Source of the DNA: Octopus sinensis
Taxonomy: Eukaryota
DNA length: 64,000 nt
Direction: 5' to 3'
Assembly (NCBI RefSeq): GCF_006345805.1
Contig: NC_043018.1
Span: 9,238,001-9,302,000 of the forward strand
In this document: piece by piece, positions 12,611 to 24,120 of the stretch
Layout: each line of letters opens with the position of its first letter
Numbering within the stretch: position 1 is the stretch's first letter
The notes under the pieces: generated by a model
What the model was told of the DNA's origin: nothing
Databases searched by the model: none
The model's input: only the letters and a program-made list of their open reading frames with translations
Position numbers and translations under genes: made by a program

Positions 12611-13402
12611 ATAAAGTTAGTTGAACAAGTTGCCACGATGAAGCCGGAGACTGACTGTGGTCTGAAATCTATTAAGCAGACGTCCTAATGACGGTAATCA
12701 GTCAGTTGGGCAAACATTGTTAGAATGACGGTAACTGCATGTGGTCTGTGGCCTTAGGAAGAAGAGATATTCATGTTCCTTGGTGTGAAAAAGAGTGCCC
12801 TAAATACTGGAGTGTCCAAGTGTCACCTGACGGCACTTACCATCAAAGGGAAGTAATTCAGCTACCTTTGCTAGCAAAGGGACGTAATTCAGCTATCCTT
12901 GCTATGCTACATATAAATGGGTTATAAAATCAGTTTAATAAAACCAAATTGTTTTGCAAGAAATACAAATATGTACTTTGTTGCCTTTATAGCAAATCAA
13001 CCTCCATTTGTTGCAATTCAATAGTTTTCCAAATGTTCCTGTATTTCTCTTAAAAGCCAATATTCCTGTTTTGAAGTTTACAGAACCATTCAATAGGCAA
13101 ATAGGATCATATTGAATTCATAGATATGTATTGATTTCCATTTTATTCATTTGTGAGCAGTTTTTCAGGTGGTGTGGTTCTGTTACACCCACACTTGCAT
13201 ATACTTATGACAATAATAACGACCTCTCCCATTCATTTCGACATGTGAACATCTAACATTTTCTTATTTTAAATTCTGATGTTTGCCTCTTAGACTTAAA
13301 TCCTGCCAATAATTCATACAACTCAGACCTGACATTAGAATTGGACAGTTCTTGAACATGACTCAGACAGCCCACTTCATAGTATTTAGATTTTGTATTG
13401 AA

Positions 13403-13636
13403 GGCGGCGAGCTGGCAGAAATGTTCGCATGCCAGGCGAAATACGTAGCTGTATTTCGTCTGCCGTTATGTTCTGAGTTCAAATTCCGCCAAGGTCGACT
13501 TTGCCTTTCATCCTTTCAGGGTCGATAACTTAAGTACGAGTTATGCACTGGGGTCGATATAATCGACTTAATCCATATTTGTCTGTCCTTGTTTGTCCTC
13601 TCTGTGTTTAGCCCCTTGTGGGTAGTAAAGAAATAG
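13403..13636 (+). mobile_element. tRNA-derived SINE, family A (Nin/Deu-like central domain)
   Basis: GGCGGCGAGCTGGCAGAA head, B-box-like GAGTTCAAATTCC, central GCCTTTCATCCT..GGTCGATAA..AGTAC. Flanking duplication GTATTTAGATTTT. Confidence 0.85.
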
Positions 13637-13960
13637 GTATTTAGATTTTATAGCAGCTGAACCTGTTAGCAGTGATTCAATGCAGTTTTCTCAAATGTTT
13701 CAGGTGAAATCTTTGTCACTTTCAAATCAGATACAAATCTGTGGTTTGAGCTGATCCTGCTCATCCTATATTTCTCCTTCCATCATGGAACTGACTATAC
13801 ATAAAGACTTTTGAAATTCTGTTGGTACTCATTCTGACATTGTGACTAATCCATTTTAATTATTGTAAAAGAAAAGATTCGATATCACCAATATAGATAA
13901 ATGTGATACATATGGCAAAACTGGACATCATATTTGGGTTATAAACCTAAATTATTTTGC

Positions 13961-14315
13961 TATCTATCTATCCGCTCAGTCGAAGTCGACTCTTGCTTAC
14001 TCGTTGGATCAGTGTCCTCCAGTCAGTTCTATCCTGGGCTGTTTCTTTCAGATTGGCTATGTCTATTCTGGTATCCTTCTTGGTGTCAAGCCTGCGGGTT
14101 CTTGGTCGGCCTCTTCCTCTCTTGCCACTGACCATTCCGAGCATGATGTCCTTCTCCAGGGATTTTCTCTGCATAACATGACCGAAATATGCCAATCTAT
14201 GGTTGGTGATCTTAGCTTCTAGCGATATTTTCAGCCTCATCTGCTTAAGAATTTCTCCATTGGTGAGCCTCGCTGTCTATGGAATCCGTAAAAGTCTTCT
14301 CCAACACCAAAGCTC
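13961..14315 (-). mobile_element. 5'-truncated RTE (BovB-like) LINE with a 12-bp TSD
   Basis: SLEAKI...RLAYFGHVMQRKSLEKDIMLGMVSGKRGRGRPRTR; (GATA)n tail. TSD AAATTATTTTGC at 13949-13960 and 14316-14327. Confidence 0.9.
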
Positions 14316-14614
14316 AAATTATTTTGCAAGCAACACAAAACATATGGTCTTGGTTAGTTGAATGGCTAATTTCATTCCATAATTCCATCAAGTCTGTGAC
14401 TCTACTACATCTTCAAATATGCTAGTAGCAGCAGTTAAATGTATTTGATGGAGATAATTATTTGGTAATATTTCATGCTTTTGTCATGAGTATGGTTGTC
14501 ATGGTGATATGCATGGGAGTCTCTATTGTTGATGTAGTCTGTGAAATTCATTTTCATTCACCAGCAACAGTAACTAACACCTGTAAATGATTAACAGAAA
14601 ACTTTATTACTGTT

Positions 14615-14989
14615 ATAATAAATCTCTGAACGAGGTATAAACAGTAACTGCACGACAATGTGAGGTATACTTGCCATCTTAATATGGCTAACCACTAAGG
14701 GTGGGTGTTACTGTAGCTTGTAGCCCCAGGAGAACATCATCTCCAGCTGGCTTTAGGCACACTTTCTGTGCCCTTAAGGTATTTGCAAAGGGAGGTCATC
14801 CTTCCCTCGTCAACCTAAGTGATACGCACGGACTGCAGTTTCTGGGTCTTGACCCGTCATCGGCATGCAACACAGGGCACAGAAAGTGTGCCTAAAGCCA
14901 GCTGGAGACGATGTTCTCCTGGGGCTACAAGCTACAGTAACACCCACCCTTAGTGGTTAGCCATATTGAGATGGCTAGTATACCTCACA
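14615..14989 (-). mobile_element. Fold-back element with ~115-bp inverted arms and an internal hammerhead (inverted Penelope-type pLTR)
   Basis: Arms ~14657-14774 and ~14873-14991 are inverted repeats, with an extra ~40 bp on the left only. TSD TTTATTACTGTT at 14603-14614 and 14990-15001. Confidence 0.8.
14826..14868 (-). ncRNA. Minimal type I hammerhead ribozyme motif
   Basis: Minus strand reads GCATG-CCGATGA-C.GGGTC.AA.GACCC.A-GAAA-CTGCAG-TC-CGTGC. Stem I is GCATG/CGTGC, stem II is a hairpin, stem III is palindromic (ACTGCAGT), and the cleavage triplet is GUC. The core has a U4C change. Confidence 0.75.
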
Positions 14990-15057
14990 TTTATTACTGT
15001 TGATATTTTAAAATTACTAACATCTTGTATACACCAAGAAGGATATAATGCTTGGGA

Positions 15058-15218
15058 TGTGTCATGTGATGGAGGAAAAGGACAACAGAAAAATAAGAAG
15101 CAAATGGGAGATAGAAATACAAAAGGCCTGACCTGTTGACCTCGACAGAATGGGTGGTCACTCTCAAGAAATAAACACGTCTTTTCTCGCTGCCATCTCT
15201 GCTCGAACTGACCACACA
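15058..15218 (+). mobile_element. Truncated LTR, same family as 20924-21208
   Basis: GTGATGGAGG...GGCCTGACCTGTTGACCTCG...CTGCTCGAACTGACCACAC is shared with the solo LTR; contains AATAAA. Confidence 0.7.
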
Positions 15219-15696
15219 TGCTGGAATTCTGTCTGCTGAGGTGGCGAGTTGTTAAAGTGCTGTATGTTCCATATCATAGGAGCTAAAGTCATCCTCGAGA
15301 AAAATAACTGAATGACTGCCCCTCATATAAGCCATGGGTCAACTCCCGGATCTGGTGTAAAAACTAGGTGGCGGTTCGATCCCCAAGATGCTCTTCCTGC
15401 AAGAGTGCAAAATTTACTTTCATCTGAAGGAATTATGCCTTAGAAACTCAGTTTTGAAGGATTCATATGTCATGTCCGATGGAGTTCCTGTTATATCTCG
15501 AATTGAAAGAGCAAGAGAAGTGCAATTTCTATTTTCATATTCTCCTTATTCTCTTATGTATATTACTATATACTTTATATAGTTTATGCTATGATAGAGT
15601 AAAGCTTTGAGTACTGCCAGATTACTTGAATCCATATATTGTGTATTAAATTTATATGTATATTGTTGAAAAGCGGTGGCTTGGAGGATAGTTATT

Positions 15697-17440
15697 TTAT
15701 CCTCCAAGCCTGTCATTATGGCAGCCACCAGCCAAGCAGTCTATCTCAGCTGGAATGTCTCCTACCCTAATCTTGGAAGTCCACCTGCCAAGATAAGTAG
15801 GTAGGATTACCACCTCAGCTGTTTTTAGTGGCTCTGTTGAATCCTGCTTAGCCTTTTCTTCCGACTTCAAGTGAACCTCTCTCACAGCATACTTTGTTCC
15901 TCTAGTTGTGTATGTCACATCACGCCATACTGGCCATAGGCACAGTTCCACAGCCTCCTTACTTGCATTATCCAGTTTTTTGATCTTTACAATGGAAACT
16001 TTATATATCACAGTGCACCAAAGTACTTTGCGAGTGGTTTCACTGGGAGGGGTAATTGTCTCATTCCCTTCTCTTTTCAGCATCCATTTGTACTTTCGCT
16101 TTCACTATTGAGATTCTTTGTTACCCCGGCTGCTGTCGCAAAATTAACTTTTCTTCCCTTTATGAAGTCATCGCCTGACAGCATACTCCTTAATTCCAGA
16201 CTGCTATCACAGTTTGACGGGTTTTTTTCTAATACTGGTCCCATGTTCGACACAGGTCCTCTTCTTGATGGGTGATTCATCCATTTTGGCAAGTCACAAT
16301 AATTATAATTTCCCCCTTTACACAAGGGGGAAAATGCTAAAAGTCTGCCAGAAGCAGAAAACCAGGCAAACTGACAATACTACTAACCGTTCAGGCAGCA
16401 AGCAACACAATAAACCAAAAAGGATCTGTTTACTTCACTAACCTCCCTGTAATGAATTTCTTTATTGCCTACAGGAGGCTAAATGTAGAGGGGTCAGTAC
16501 AAGGACAGACAAAAACATAAAAGTGGGGACAAAAAAAAACGAATAAAAAAAGAACTGCTGCCAGGTACCTCTTCAACCTCCATAGCCGTAATCGACCTTT
16601 CACAGCATTTCACCTCCAGTGCCGAGAGTTGTGGCCCACCAGCGAGGAAATCCCTGAGGGGCTCCCCACAGTCCAGCCTGCCGCTCTCCCCAAACAATCA
16701 GGCAAAATGCTGGTGAAAAGCCTTTAGCATCTCCTGTCCTTTCATTGAATGCCCCTGTCTATCTATTAAAGACTTAATAGAGGCTTCTCTGACTCTCCAC
16801 ACGATATGCCCATCTGGCAATATTAATACTCTCTCTCCCCACCGCATGAAGTTTAGCTCTGACTCTACACCCTTCGTATTTGGCTTTGAGATGATGAAAA
16901 AAAAAACTGCTTTTGCCACCAACACTCTGGATGCAGAGGCAGATTCCATGGCCTCATCTAATTCCTTAATTTAAGTCCCTTCTATTCTAGTCTTATCTAG
17001 ACTTAACTGCTTGCTAAATCTAATAGACTCAGAATGAAAGGCTCATTTGAGGGCACACCACCTATTATTAATAATGGTGCCCTCCGTACTAACTCCTTAA
17101 CTGAGCATGGAACATTTAAGTTAAAATAGACTTGTTCATCTTCCAGTACCCTTGTCCCTGCCTATGTTACTTAACTAGGTACACCCTACACAACACAAAC
17201 TTGTTACCTGTATAGGGGACACAACAAAAGTGTGAACAACTAAATATATCCTTATCTCTATCCCTAACGAATATCCTAAGATCTGAGTGAACCATCATTA
17301 TTATATCATGTCCCCTGTGGAATGAGCAGTTCATATATACTGGTTTACTAGATTATAGCTCTCTAGTAGCCTTTTGAAGCCAGGATTTCCCCTTCTATCA
17401 GTCAAGCAAACGCTATCCACTCATGCATTAAGAATAGTGA
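15697..17440 (-). mobile_element. Scrambled Tx1/L1-clade fragments (ORF1 piece 15697-16083; endonuclease-to-RT linker ~16500-17440)
   Basis: ORF1 piece RGTKYA...LPTYLGRWTSKIRVGDIP. Linker EGCRVRAKLH, MLKAFHQHFA.LF, LRDFLAGGPQLS...CERSITAMEVEEV. Many stops. Confidence 0.6.
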
Positions 17441-17444
17441 AGGT

Positions 17445-17650
17445 TGAATGAAATTTGTGAGTACATGAATGAATCATATTAGAAATTTTATTTAATATAC
17501 CTGAATTATGCGATCTAAGAATAATGTCAGATTCCTTAATGCACAAATTACATTTATCCATAGTAGCGTTATAGGGGACGGCATTTGCTATTATAGACCA
17601 TGATGTCTTGAAATTAATATTATCGCTTAGATTATGTATATAGGAGGCTG
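17445..17650 (-). mobile_element. Penelope-like element, C-terminal GIY-YIG fragment
   Basis: SYIHNLSDNINFKTSWSIIANAVPYNATMDKCNLCIKESDII....ILNKISNMIHSCTHK matches the PLE pattern W.I..A.PY..C.LC..E..I..LN......C.H. Confidence 0.75.
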
Positions 17651-18149
17651 CAAACTCCTATTTGAGTTTTGCCATCAGAAGTCCTGCATATGTGTTTCTC
17701 ATACATGACTCTTCATCCCAGCTAAAGATCTACATTCTTTACCATACAGTTGACAATTTCTACGTTACACTTGAATGATTCTTTTAAGGCTACGGTCAGC
17801 AATTTTTGTGATAGATCTCACTTTTCCAAGTGATACTGTGCAATGATAATTTTTACAGTGGGGAAAGAATTCGCACAGGTCCAGCCCCATTCTCTGAACA
17901 TGGACAACATAAACTTGAAAAGAACTAGTCTAAATCATTGAATATTGTCAGTGTCACAGGTTTTATGTTTCCCTCTCCTCGAGAGATGTGTGAGAACAAA
18001 GAAGGGCATCCTACTCCCAGTAGGCCAACTGTGTGCCTGGATACCTACACAGGTGTTTCCACGTCCCCATGCATATGTACAGATGTTGGATGGCAGTTGA
18101 CTGCTCATGAGGCCTTCCACCCTTTGACAAGTCTTATTCTTCATCCCCA

Positions 18150-18273
18150 ATGCTCAGGGAAGGAAGGAAAAGTAGTTTTACGTTTCGAGCAAAGCTCTTT
18201 GTCAGAAACAGATGGAGGAAAGTCCAAGAGAAAAGGAAGACAGGAAAAAAAATCACCAACGATCCACATGTGG

Positions 18274-18275
<2 letters not shown>
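18150..18275 (-). mobile_element. Hammerhead-bearing Penelope-type short repeat next to (TA)n (family also at 40865-41250 and 48290-48490)
   Basis: Minus strand GTTT-CTGACAA-AGAGC.TTT.GCTC-GAAA-CG-TA-AAAC; the core has a G8A change. Confidence 0.65.
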
Positions 18276-18351
<76 letters not shown>

Positions 18352-18359
18352 TACAATAT

Positions 18360-20760
18360 TAATGTATTGTTCCTTTCATTTTGACATGTGAGCATCTAAT
18401 ATTTTTTCTTTAAGTTCTGTTTGTCTCTTATTGGTAGGATTTGAGTCTCATAATTTAGACAACTGTTCAGATAGGATGTAAGGATTGTTATACAAGAGAG
18501 CTGTGTATGTTATTTTGGGACTTTGTTCTTTCAGATGATCTAGACAACCCACTTTACAGTATTTTCTGACTTTATGGCAAGTTAACCTCTGATTCATTGT
18601 AGCTTTTTGAAATGATTTTCATGTTCTCTGTCAACAAGTTTTTCAACTAACTCGAGCTGTAAACTACTGCAAATACAAAAGTTTGTTTTTAAGACTGTTT
18701 TAAATAATAAAGATTCAATAATAGAAATTATTGAACTTTCTTCAAATTAGGCCATTTCTGATTACTACAGTTATTCTGCATTTCCAAGCCAGAAGTGCAA
18801 GGTTCTTGCATCATGGCACACACACATGCTGTTGTTAAATAGCTATAACCCTATATGAGTACCATATTTTCTCTATTTTCAATACCAGTCAATTATGGCA
18901 TTACCATTCTACCAAGTTTACATTAAGAGTAGATGGTAGATCTTCATTTAATGCCATTTCCATTATTGCAGTTAGTTCACTCTTTCTTCCCATAAAGTTC
19001 ATTTTGGATATCAGCTAAAACAGCAATGTTTAATGGGTCCTTTCTTTTGACTAATCCTGAACTGGTTTGGGGTCAGACATGGGATGCCATTCATCTATTT
19101 GCTGCCAGTGATATCTTGTTTTTGTATCCGGTACCAATTTCATCATAATTGTCAGAAATGTTTCTGCCAGAATATTGTGGTCGACATGTATCGGATTCAA
19201 ATCTCTTATGAACAGCTGAGAAAAGGCATTAGGGGATGAATTTATCTTCACCTGTTCAGGACTTACCCTTTATAATGGAAGGTAAGATTTACGATATCAG
19301 GAAAATATCACCTTCTCCCATTATATCTTGTTCTTCATGTAGTTCAGGCTCTGACAGGCAAAGAAAGAAGTCTTTAAGTACAAATGCAATTTACAACTGG
19401 TTTATTTACAAGTTTCACAAAACAGGTGAAGTGTGTTGCTCTCAGCAACCATCTCGAGCTGTGTGCGTGGTGTTGTATCTCCATTAGTGTGGGCACATTG
19501 CCTTGGGAGTACAATATGCAGAAAGGCCCAGCCAATGAAGTGTGCTCAGCATGTGCTGCTGCATAGAAGTGAAGAGAGAGAATGAATCTGTTTCTGTTTT
19601 GCCCTTATATACAGTTTGCCATCGCGAGCCGCGTTGTGATCTTGCACATAGTAAATAGATGCAGGTGAGGTCTCACTCCAGTCTCGGAGATGGCAATGGC
19701 TGCTGCGAGATCTCATCCAATATGGTGCTGACTGCTTGTGCCGCTACACCTTTCATACTGGCATGACCTGTTGAGCATCAAATCTTGTTTAATCTTAGTA
19801 CTCTCATCAGATCTTGTGAGTTCAATAACAATAGGAGCATGTAATTAGATATTTTTCTTCTGTTTGTGGTTCTTGAGATGGCAATCAGTGTTGATGCATA
19901 GGACGGTGTTTAATCCAGTACCAAAGTAGTGTGACATTAATCCTGAATTAAACAAAGATACTTGTTGTGCCTAATGAAAGGTATCATCACAGAGCAAATG
20001 GTAACGTTATCTTCCTAATATGATGGAGAATCTTTACTCCTTACTCTCAAGATAACCACATTGCCAGATCAGTGTATTACCGATTCTAAGTCGGAAGGTT
20101 GACACAACAGAAAACTTTTGTTTTCTGTTAAGGTTTTCCAATTCTCTATTTCTTTTAGAAGCCAATAGTCTTGAAGTCAACAGCACCACCAGGCCATATG
20201 AAGCAAGATGACTTCATACACATGTATTTCCATTTTATTTGAGAGCATTTTGAAGCATTGTATTCATGGCTATACATAGAAATGTATTCTCATGTTCATT
20301 TTGATTTATGAGGGTACAACAGTATTTTTTCTTTCAAGTTGTTATCTTTTATGAGAATCTAATTCAGCCGACAATTTAGACAATTTCAGACATAAAGGAT
20401 TGTTATACAAGGTGGCTGGAATTTTATTCTGAGACTTTGTCTTTGCTCTCACTTCAAGATGATCCAGACAGATAGCCCAATTCATAGTTCTTTATGGCTT
20501 TAGAGTGAGTTACTTCCATTCAATGCAATTTAATGCAGTTTTTTCAAATGTTCCTGTACCTCTTTGAGAAACCAATATTTTTGTCAAGTGTACAGTTCTA
20601 CCATTCATCAGGCAACAAGGAAGATGGCTGCATGCATGTGAATCTTTAACATTTTATTCATTTGAGAGAATCTATGTCAATGTTGTTTGTATGCATTCAC
20701 ATTCTCTCTCTCTCTCTCTCTCTCTTTTACATAAATAATATTCTTGTAGATTTCAACATC
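18360..20760 (-). pseudogene. Degenerate coding-like sequence, copy block C (candidate EVE), containing internal tandem copies
   Basis: ORF 19051-19251 HVDHNILAETF..KLVPDTKTRYHWQQIDEWHPMSDPKPVQD; IMEMALNEDLPSTLNVNLVEW; KYWFLKEVQE..KTALNCIEW; WCC.LQDYWLLKEIENWKTLTENKSF..LRIGNT. Paralogous to blocks A and B. Confidence 0.45.
19338..19748 (-). mobile_element. Probable solo LTR (related to 28435-28855)
   Basis: TGTAG...CTACA termini; shared internal GCAGGTGAG..CTC..ATGGCAATGGCT..GATCTC..GGTGCTGA. No clean TSD. Confidence 0.55.
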
Positions 20761-20923
20761 TGCAGGTCTAACAGCGGTTTTTTTTTGCTTTTTTTTTTTA
20801 TTGAAATCTTTTGAAATTGGTATTTGCCAGTTGTAAATAACACAAGATGACTTAATCTTGTTCGTAAATGTTAAACATACCTAGAGTGACTTTTCATCTT
20901 GTAATTGGATAATCTCACTAATC

Positions 20924-21208
20924 TGTAGTGTGATGGAGGGAAAGGACAACAAAAAAAAAGCAGCAGCCAGGAGAAAGAAATACAAAGGGCCTGACCTGTT
21001 GACCTCGGCAGAATCAGCGGTCACTCTCACGAATTAAACATGTCTTGTCTCGCTGCCGTCTCTGCTCGAACTGACCACACGTGCTTCCTGCCCACGCATG
21101 CCCTGTGCCACCGGCTCCTGCAGTGCTCACTTCCATCTACCTCATCTGCAATCCCCTCCACCAACACCACATAGCTCCATCACAGTCCATAGCACTACTA
21201 ACACCACA
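20924..21208 (+). mobile_element. Solo LTR with a 5-bp TSD
   Basis: TGTAGTGT...ACACCACA termini; TSD TAATC at 20919-20923 and 21209-21213. Confidence 0.8.
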
Positions 21209-21664
21209 TAATCAATGTTCAATTTACAGTTATTAAATGTATGAGACCTTACCATTTTAGGACTTATTTTTGTAGAATGCTCTTTTCAGGTATTTTCCTG
21301 TAGCCACATTGATCACTGATTGTAATCTATATAATCTCTTTAAAGTTTGGGGGTAAAAAAAAATTCCACTGGATTTGTAGTAAAAAATACAAAAAGGAAA
21401 ATGCACATTTTTTTTTGTTGGAACAAAAACAGTCAATAGAATATTTACATAGTCAACCGGTTTTGCTTATGCTAAGCATAAGTAGTTAGCATGAAATTAT
21501 AACATCACTATAAGTTTCATTCTGTTAGAACAGATATTTTGTAAATGAATGGGAGGCAATCAGTGAATGTTAATTAAAAGCAGTGGAGGCAATTACCCCC
21601 CCTTTTCTTGGGAAAGTAAATTCTATGTAAATTAAGATATTTACATTTGCAAAGTCCAAATTTT

Positions 21665-23215
21665 AAGTCCTTCGACGCCAATTGGTGACATTGAGGTTTC
21701 TCCATGTATAGTGGTCTTGAATCGTGTTCAAGACCCTGCCATGTAGTTGGTGTTCCTCATTGATTTTCTTGAGGATCAAGTTTGGGTAACAACGTCTACA
21801 ATTGACATTAGAAGACCATGACAGAACTCTCTCAACGGCTTCATTATGTAACATTGCATCATATCCAACAAGAGCTAAATAATGCTTTTTTTTTTATGAC
21901 AGTTGAAATCTTCAGGAGATGCTCAATTATAAAATTTTTGTTAGTTGTGTGTGGCAGCCAAGACATAAAGAGCAGTCTGCAAGAGATGGGTGTAGTCCCC
22001 ATCTAAGTTCCTTGTTTGTGCAGATGTCAGGGTCCATGACTCTGAACCATAAGGGGTTCATTCCACATGGGCTTTGGAAAACCTTGATCATAGTGTGTAT
22101 AGTATCCCAGGTTCTACCAATTTGGGCAGACATCAAGTGTTGGTGCGGTCACTAAAGTATTTGAACTCATCAAATTTTTCTATTTTGCTTCCATCGAGTG
22201 AATTCAAGAGGAGTTATGAATAATGGATTTAGGTGGATGTACTTTATGATGTGCTCAAGAACAAACCAAGTCTTGACATGGAGTAAATCCTGACCTGCTG
22301 ACAAGTTGTTTTCAAGAAGGCAGATGTCCTCTGCAAATGCAAGTACTGCAAGAAGCTCTGCTGAGTAGCAGGAGCTACAACCTCTCTTGGGCGTAACTCC
22401 ATCTAATGGTGTAATGGTATTTCTCAGATAATTCAGTTACACTAAAGAGAAGGGATGCCAAAGGAACACCTTGCAGGACTGCAGTGTTCACCCCAGAATA
22501 ATCAGTTTCTGATTATAAGGCGGCAAGCTGGCAGAAACATTAGCATGCTGGATGAAATGCTTAGCAGTATTTCTTCTGCTGTTACGTTCTGAGTTCAAAT
22601 TCCGCCAAGGCCAACTTTGCCTTTCATCCTTTCGGAGTCGATAAATTAAGTACCAGTTATGCACTGGGGTCGATGTAATCGACTTAATCCGTTTGTCTGT
22701 CCTTGTTTGTCCCCTCTGTGTTTAGCCCCTTGTGGATAGTAAAGAAATAGGTATTTCTCAGATAATTCAGTTACACTAAAGAGAAGGGGTGTCAAAGGAA
22801 CACTTTGCAAGACTGCAGTGTTCACCTCAGAATAATCAGTTTCTTCTTTGATAGTAACCACTGTAGACGCAGTATTGACATGTTTAACTTCATTGAAATC
22901 CAGAGCACCATAAGCATTTAAGATCCTGAATATAACATTTCTGTTAGTCAAATGCCTTATGGAAGTTGAAGATAAGAACAGCTTCATTGTTATGATTTCA
23001 AATATCGACCTTCACAGGGTTAAGGTTTGTGAAAATGTTAATCTGTTCTCACAGAAGCCATTTTAGTTTGATTGGAGAGGATCAAGATAACCTTGGTCTT
23101 GATTTTGAATCGTAATTTAAAATGGAATTCTGAACCTTCCAATAGGTTGGGACATGTTCCACAGTTAGGTCACCCAAAAGATCTGATCTCCTACAAACAT
23201 TGCATAAAATTATGC
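21665..23215 (-). mobile_element. Highly degenerate RTE-clade LINE RT fragment
   Basis: VNTAVLQGVPLA.LLF (degenerate GVLQGD) and VLAFAEDICLL (degenerate FADD) on the minus strand. Confidence 0.6.
22519..22750 (+). mobile_element. Family A SINE flanked by a ~95-bp direct duplication
   Basis: Homologous to 13403-13636; flanks 22416-22510 and 22750-22844 are duplicated. Confidence 0.85.
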
Positions 23216-23231
23216 TAATCATGGATAAGTC

Positions 23232-24120
23232 TTCTTCTTAATCCTTTTTGCCCCTTGTGGATCATAGGGCCTCAACAGTTGTTTTCCACTTTTTGCAGTC
23301 ATTGACATGTTTCTTGGCTGCTTCCCATGTCAGGCCGGTGGTCCTGAGCTTGTCCAAAATGTTCCGCTTCCATGTCTGCTTTGGGCGTCCTTGATTCCTT
23401 TTCCCCTGCTGGTTCCAGTCAAGTGCTTATCGTGTCACATTTGAGGGTTCTTTCCGCAGTGTGTGTCCGATCCATCTCCATTTCCTTTGTCTAGTCTGAA
23501 TATGTATGGGTTCCTGGTTGGCCCTTTCCCACAGGTAGGTATTTGGCACTCTGTCGAACCACTTCAGATGGAGGATCTGCCGGAGACATTTGTCGATGAA
23601 GGTCTGGATCTTCTTGTAGTTGCTGCAGGTGGCTCTCCATGTTTCAGAGCCATACAAAAGCACAGATTTTACGTATGAACTAAATAAGCAGAGTTGAGAT
23701 GGCAGTGGACTTCCATACCAGCCAAAGAATAGTGAAGGCTTGCCAAGCCTTCTTGCTTCTTGCCGTGATATCCTCGTCTGATCCACCTGATTTTCTGATC
23801 TTGCTGCCAAGATAGACAAACTCACCAACGTCCTCCACAGGTGCCCCCTCGATTGTGATTGGCTCTTCCTGCTTGTTGTTGATGCACAGCACTTTTGTCT
23901 TTTCCCGGCTGATCCTCAAGCCCGCTCGCAGTGAAGTTTCTGTCAAGTGGTCTACCTTGTCTTGCATGTCTTGCAGACAATGTGATCATCTGCGTAGTCC
24001 AAGTCCTCCAGCTTGTTCATCAGTGTCCACTGAATACCTTTCCTACCTTTCCTGGAGGTAGCATAGGCCGTCCTGGTGACCCAGCCCAGCACAAAGAGGA
24101 ACAGGAGTGGTGACAACAAA
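23232..24120 (-). mobile_element. RTE-1-type LINE, 3' half
   Basis: LSPLLFLFVLGWV, LEDLDYADD, FVYLGS, VLLYGSETW, RKWRWIGHTLRK, GKRNQGRPKQT; (GAA)n tail. Confidence 0.9.

Larger units (their letters stand above)
12930..15690 (-). pseudogene. Degenerate coding-like sequence, copy block B (candidate EVE), split by SINE, RTE, Penelope-type and LTR insertions
   Basis: Frames include KSKYYEVGCLSHVQE, VRCSHVEM, QMNKMEINTY, IEWFCKLQN..YWLLREIQE and TFEKTALN. Continuity across the inserts is shown by TSDs at 13949/14316 and 14603/14990. The 13750-15690 part has no paralog in the window, so it is less certain. Confidence 0.4.

Noticed and set aside
13060-13115. DPICLLNGSVNFKTG resembling a D5/P4 primase-helicase motif
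   Set aside because: Paralogous copies conserve the alternative frame (EWF.KLQ.YWLL.EI) better, and no SF3 Walker motifs were found.
13403-13490. tRNA genes at SINE heads
   Set aside because: The A/B boxes belong to multi-copy SINEs with TSDs, and no intact cloverleaf is evident.
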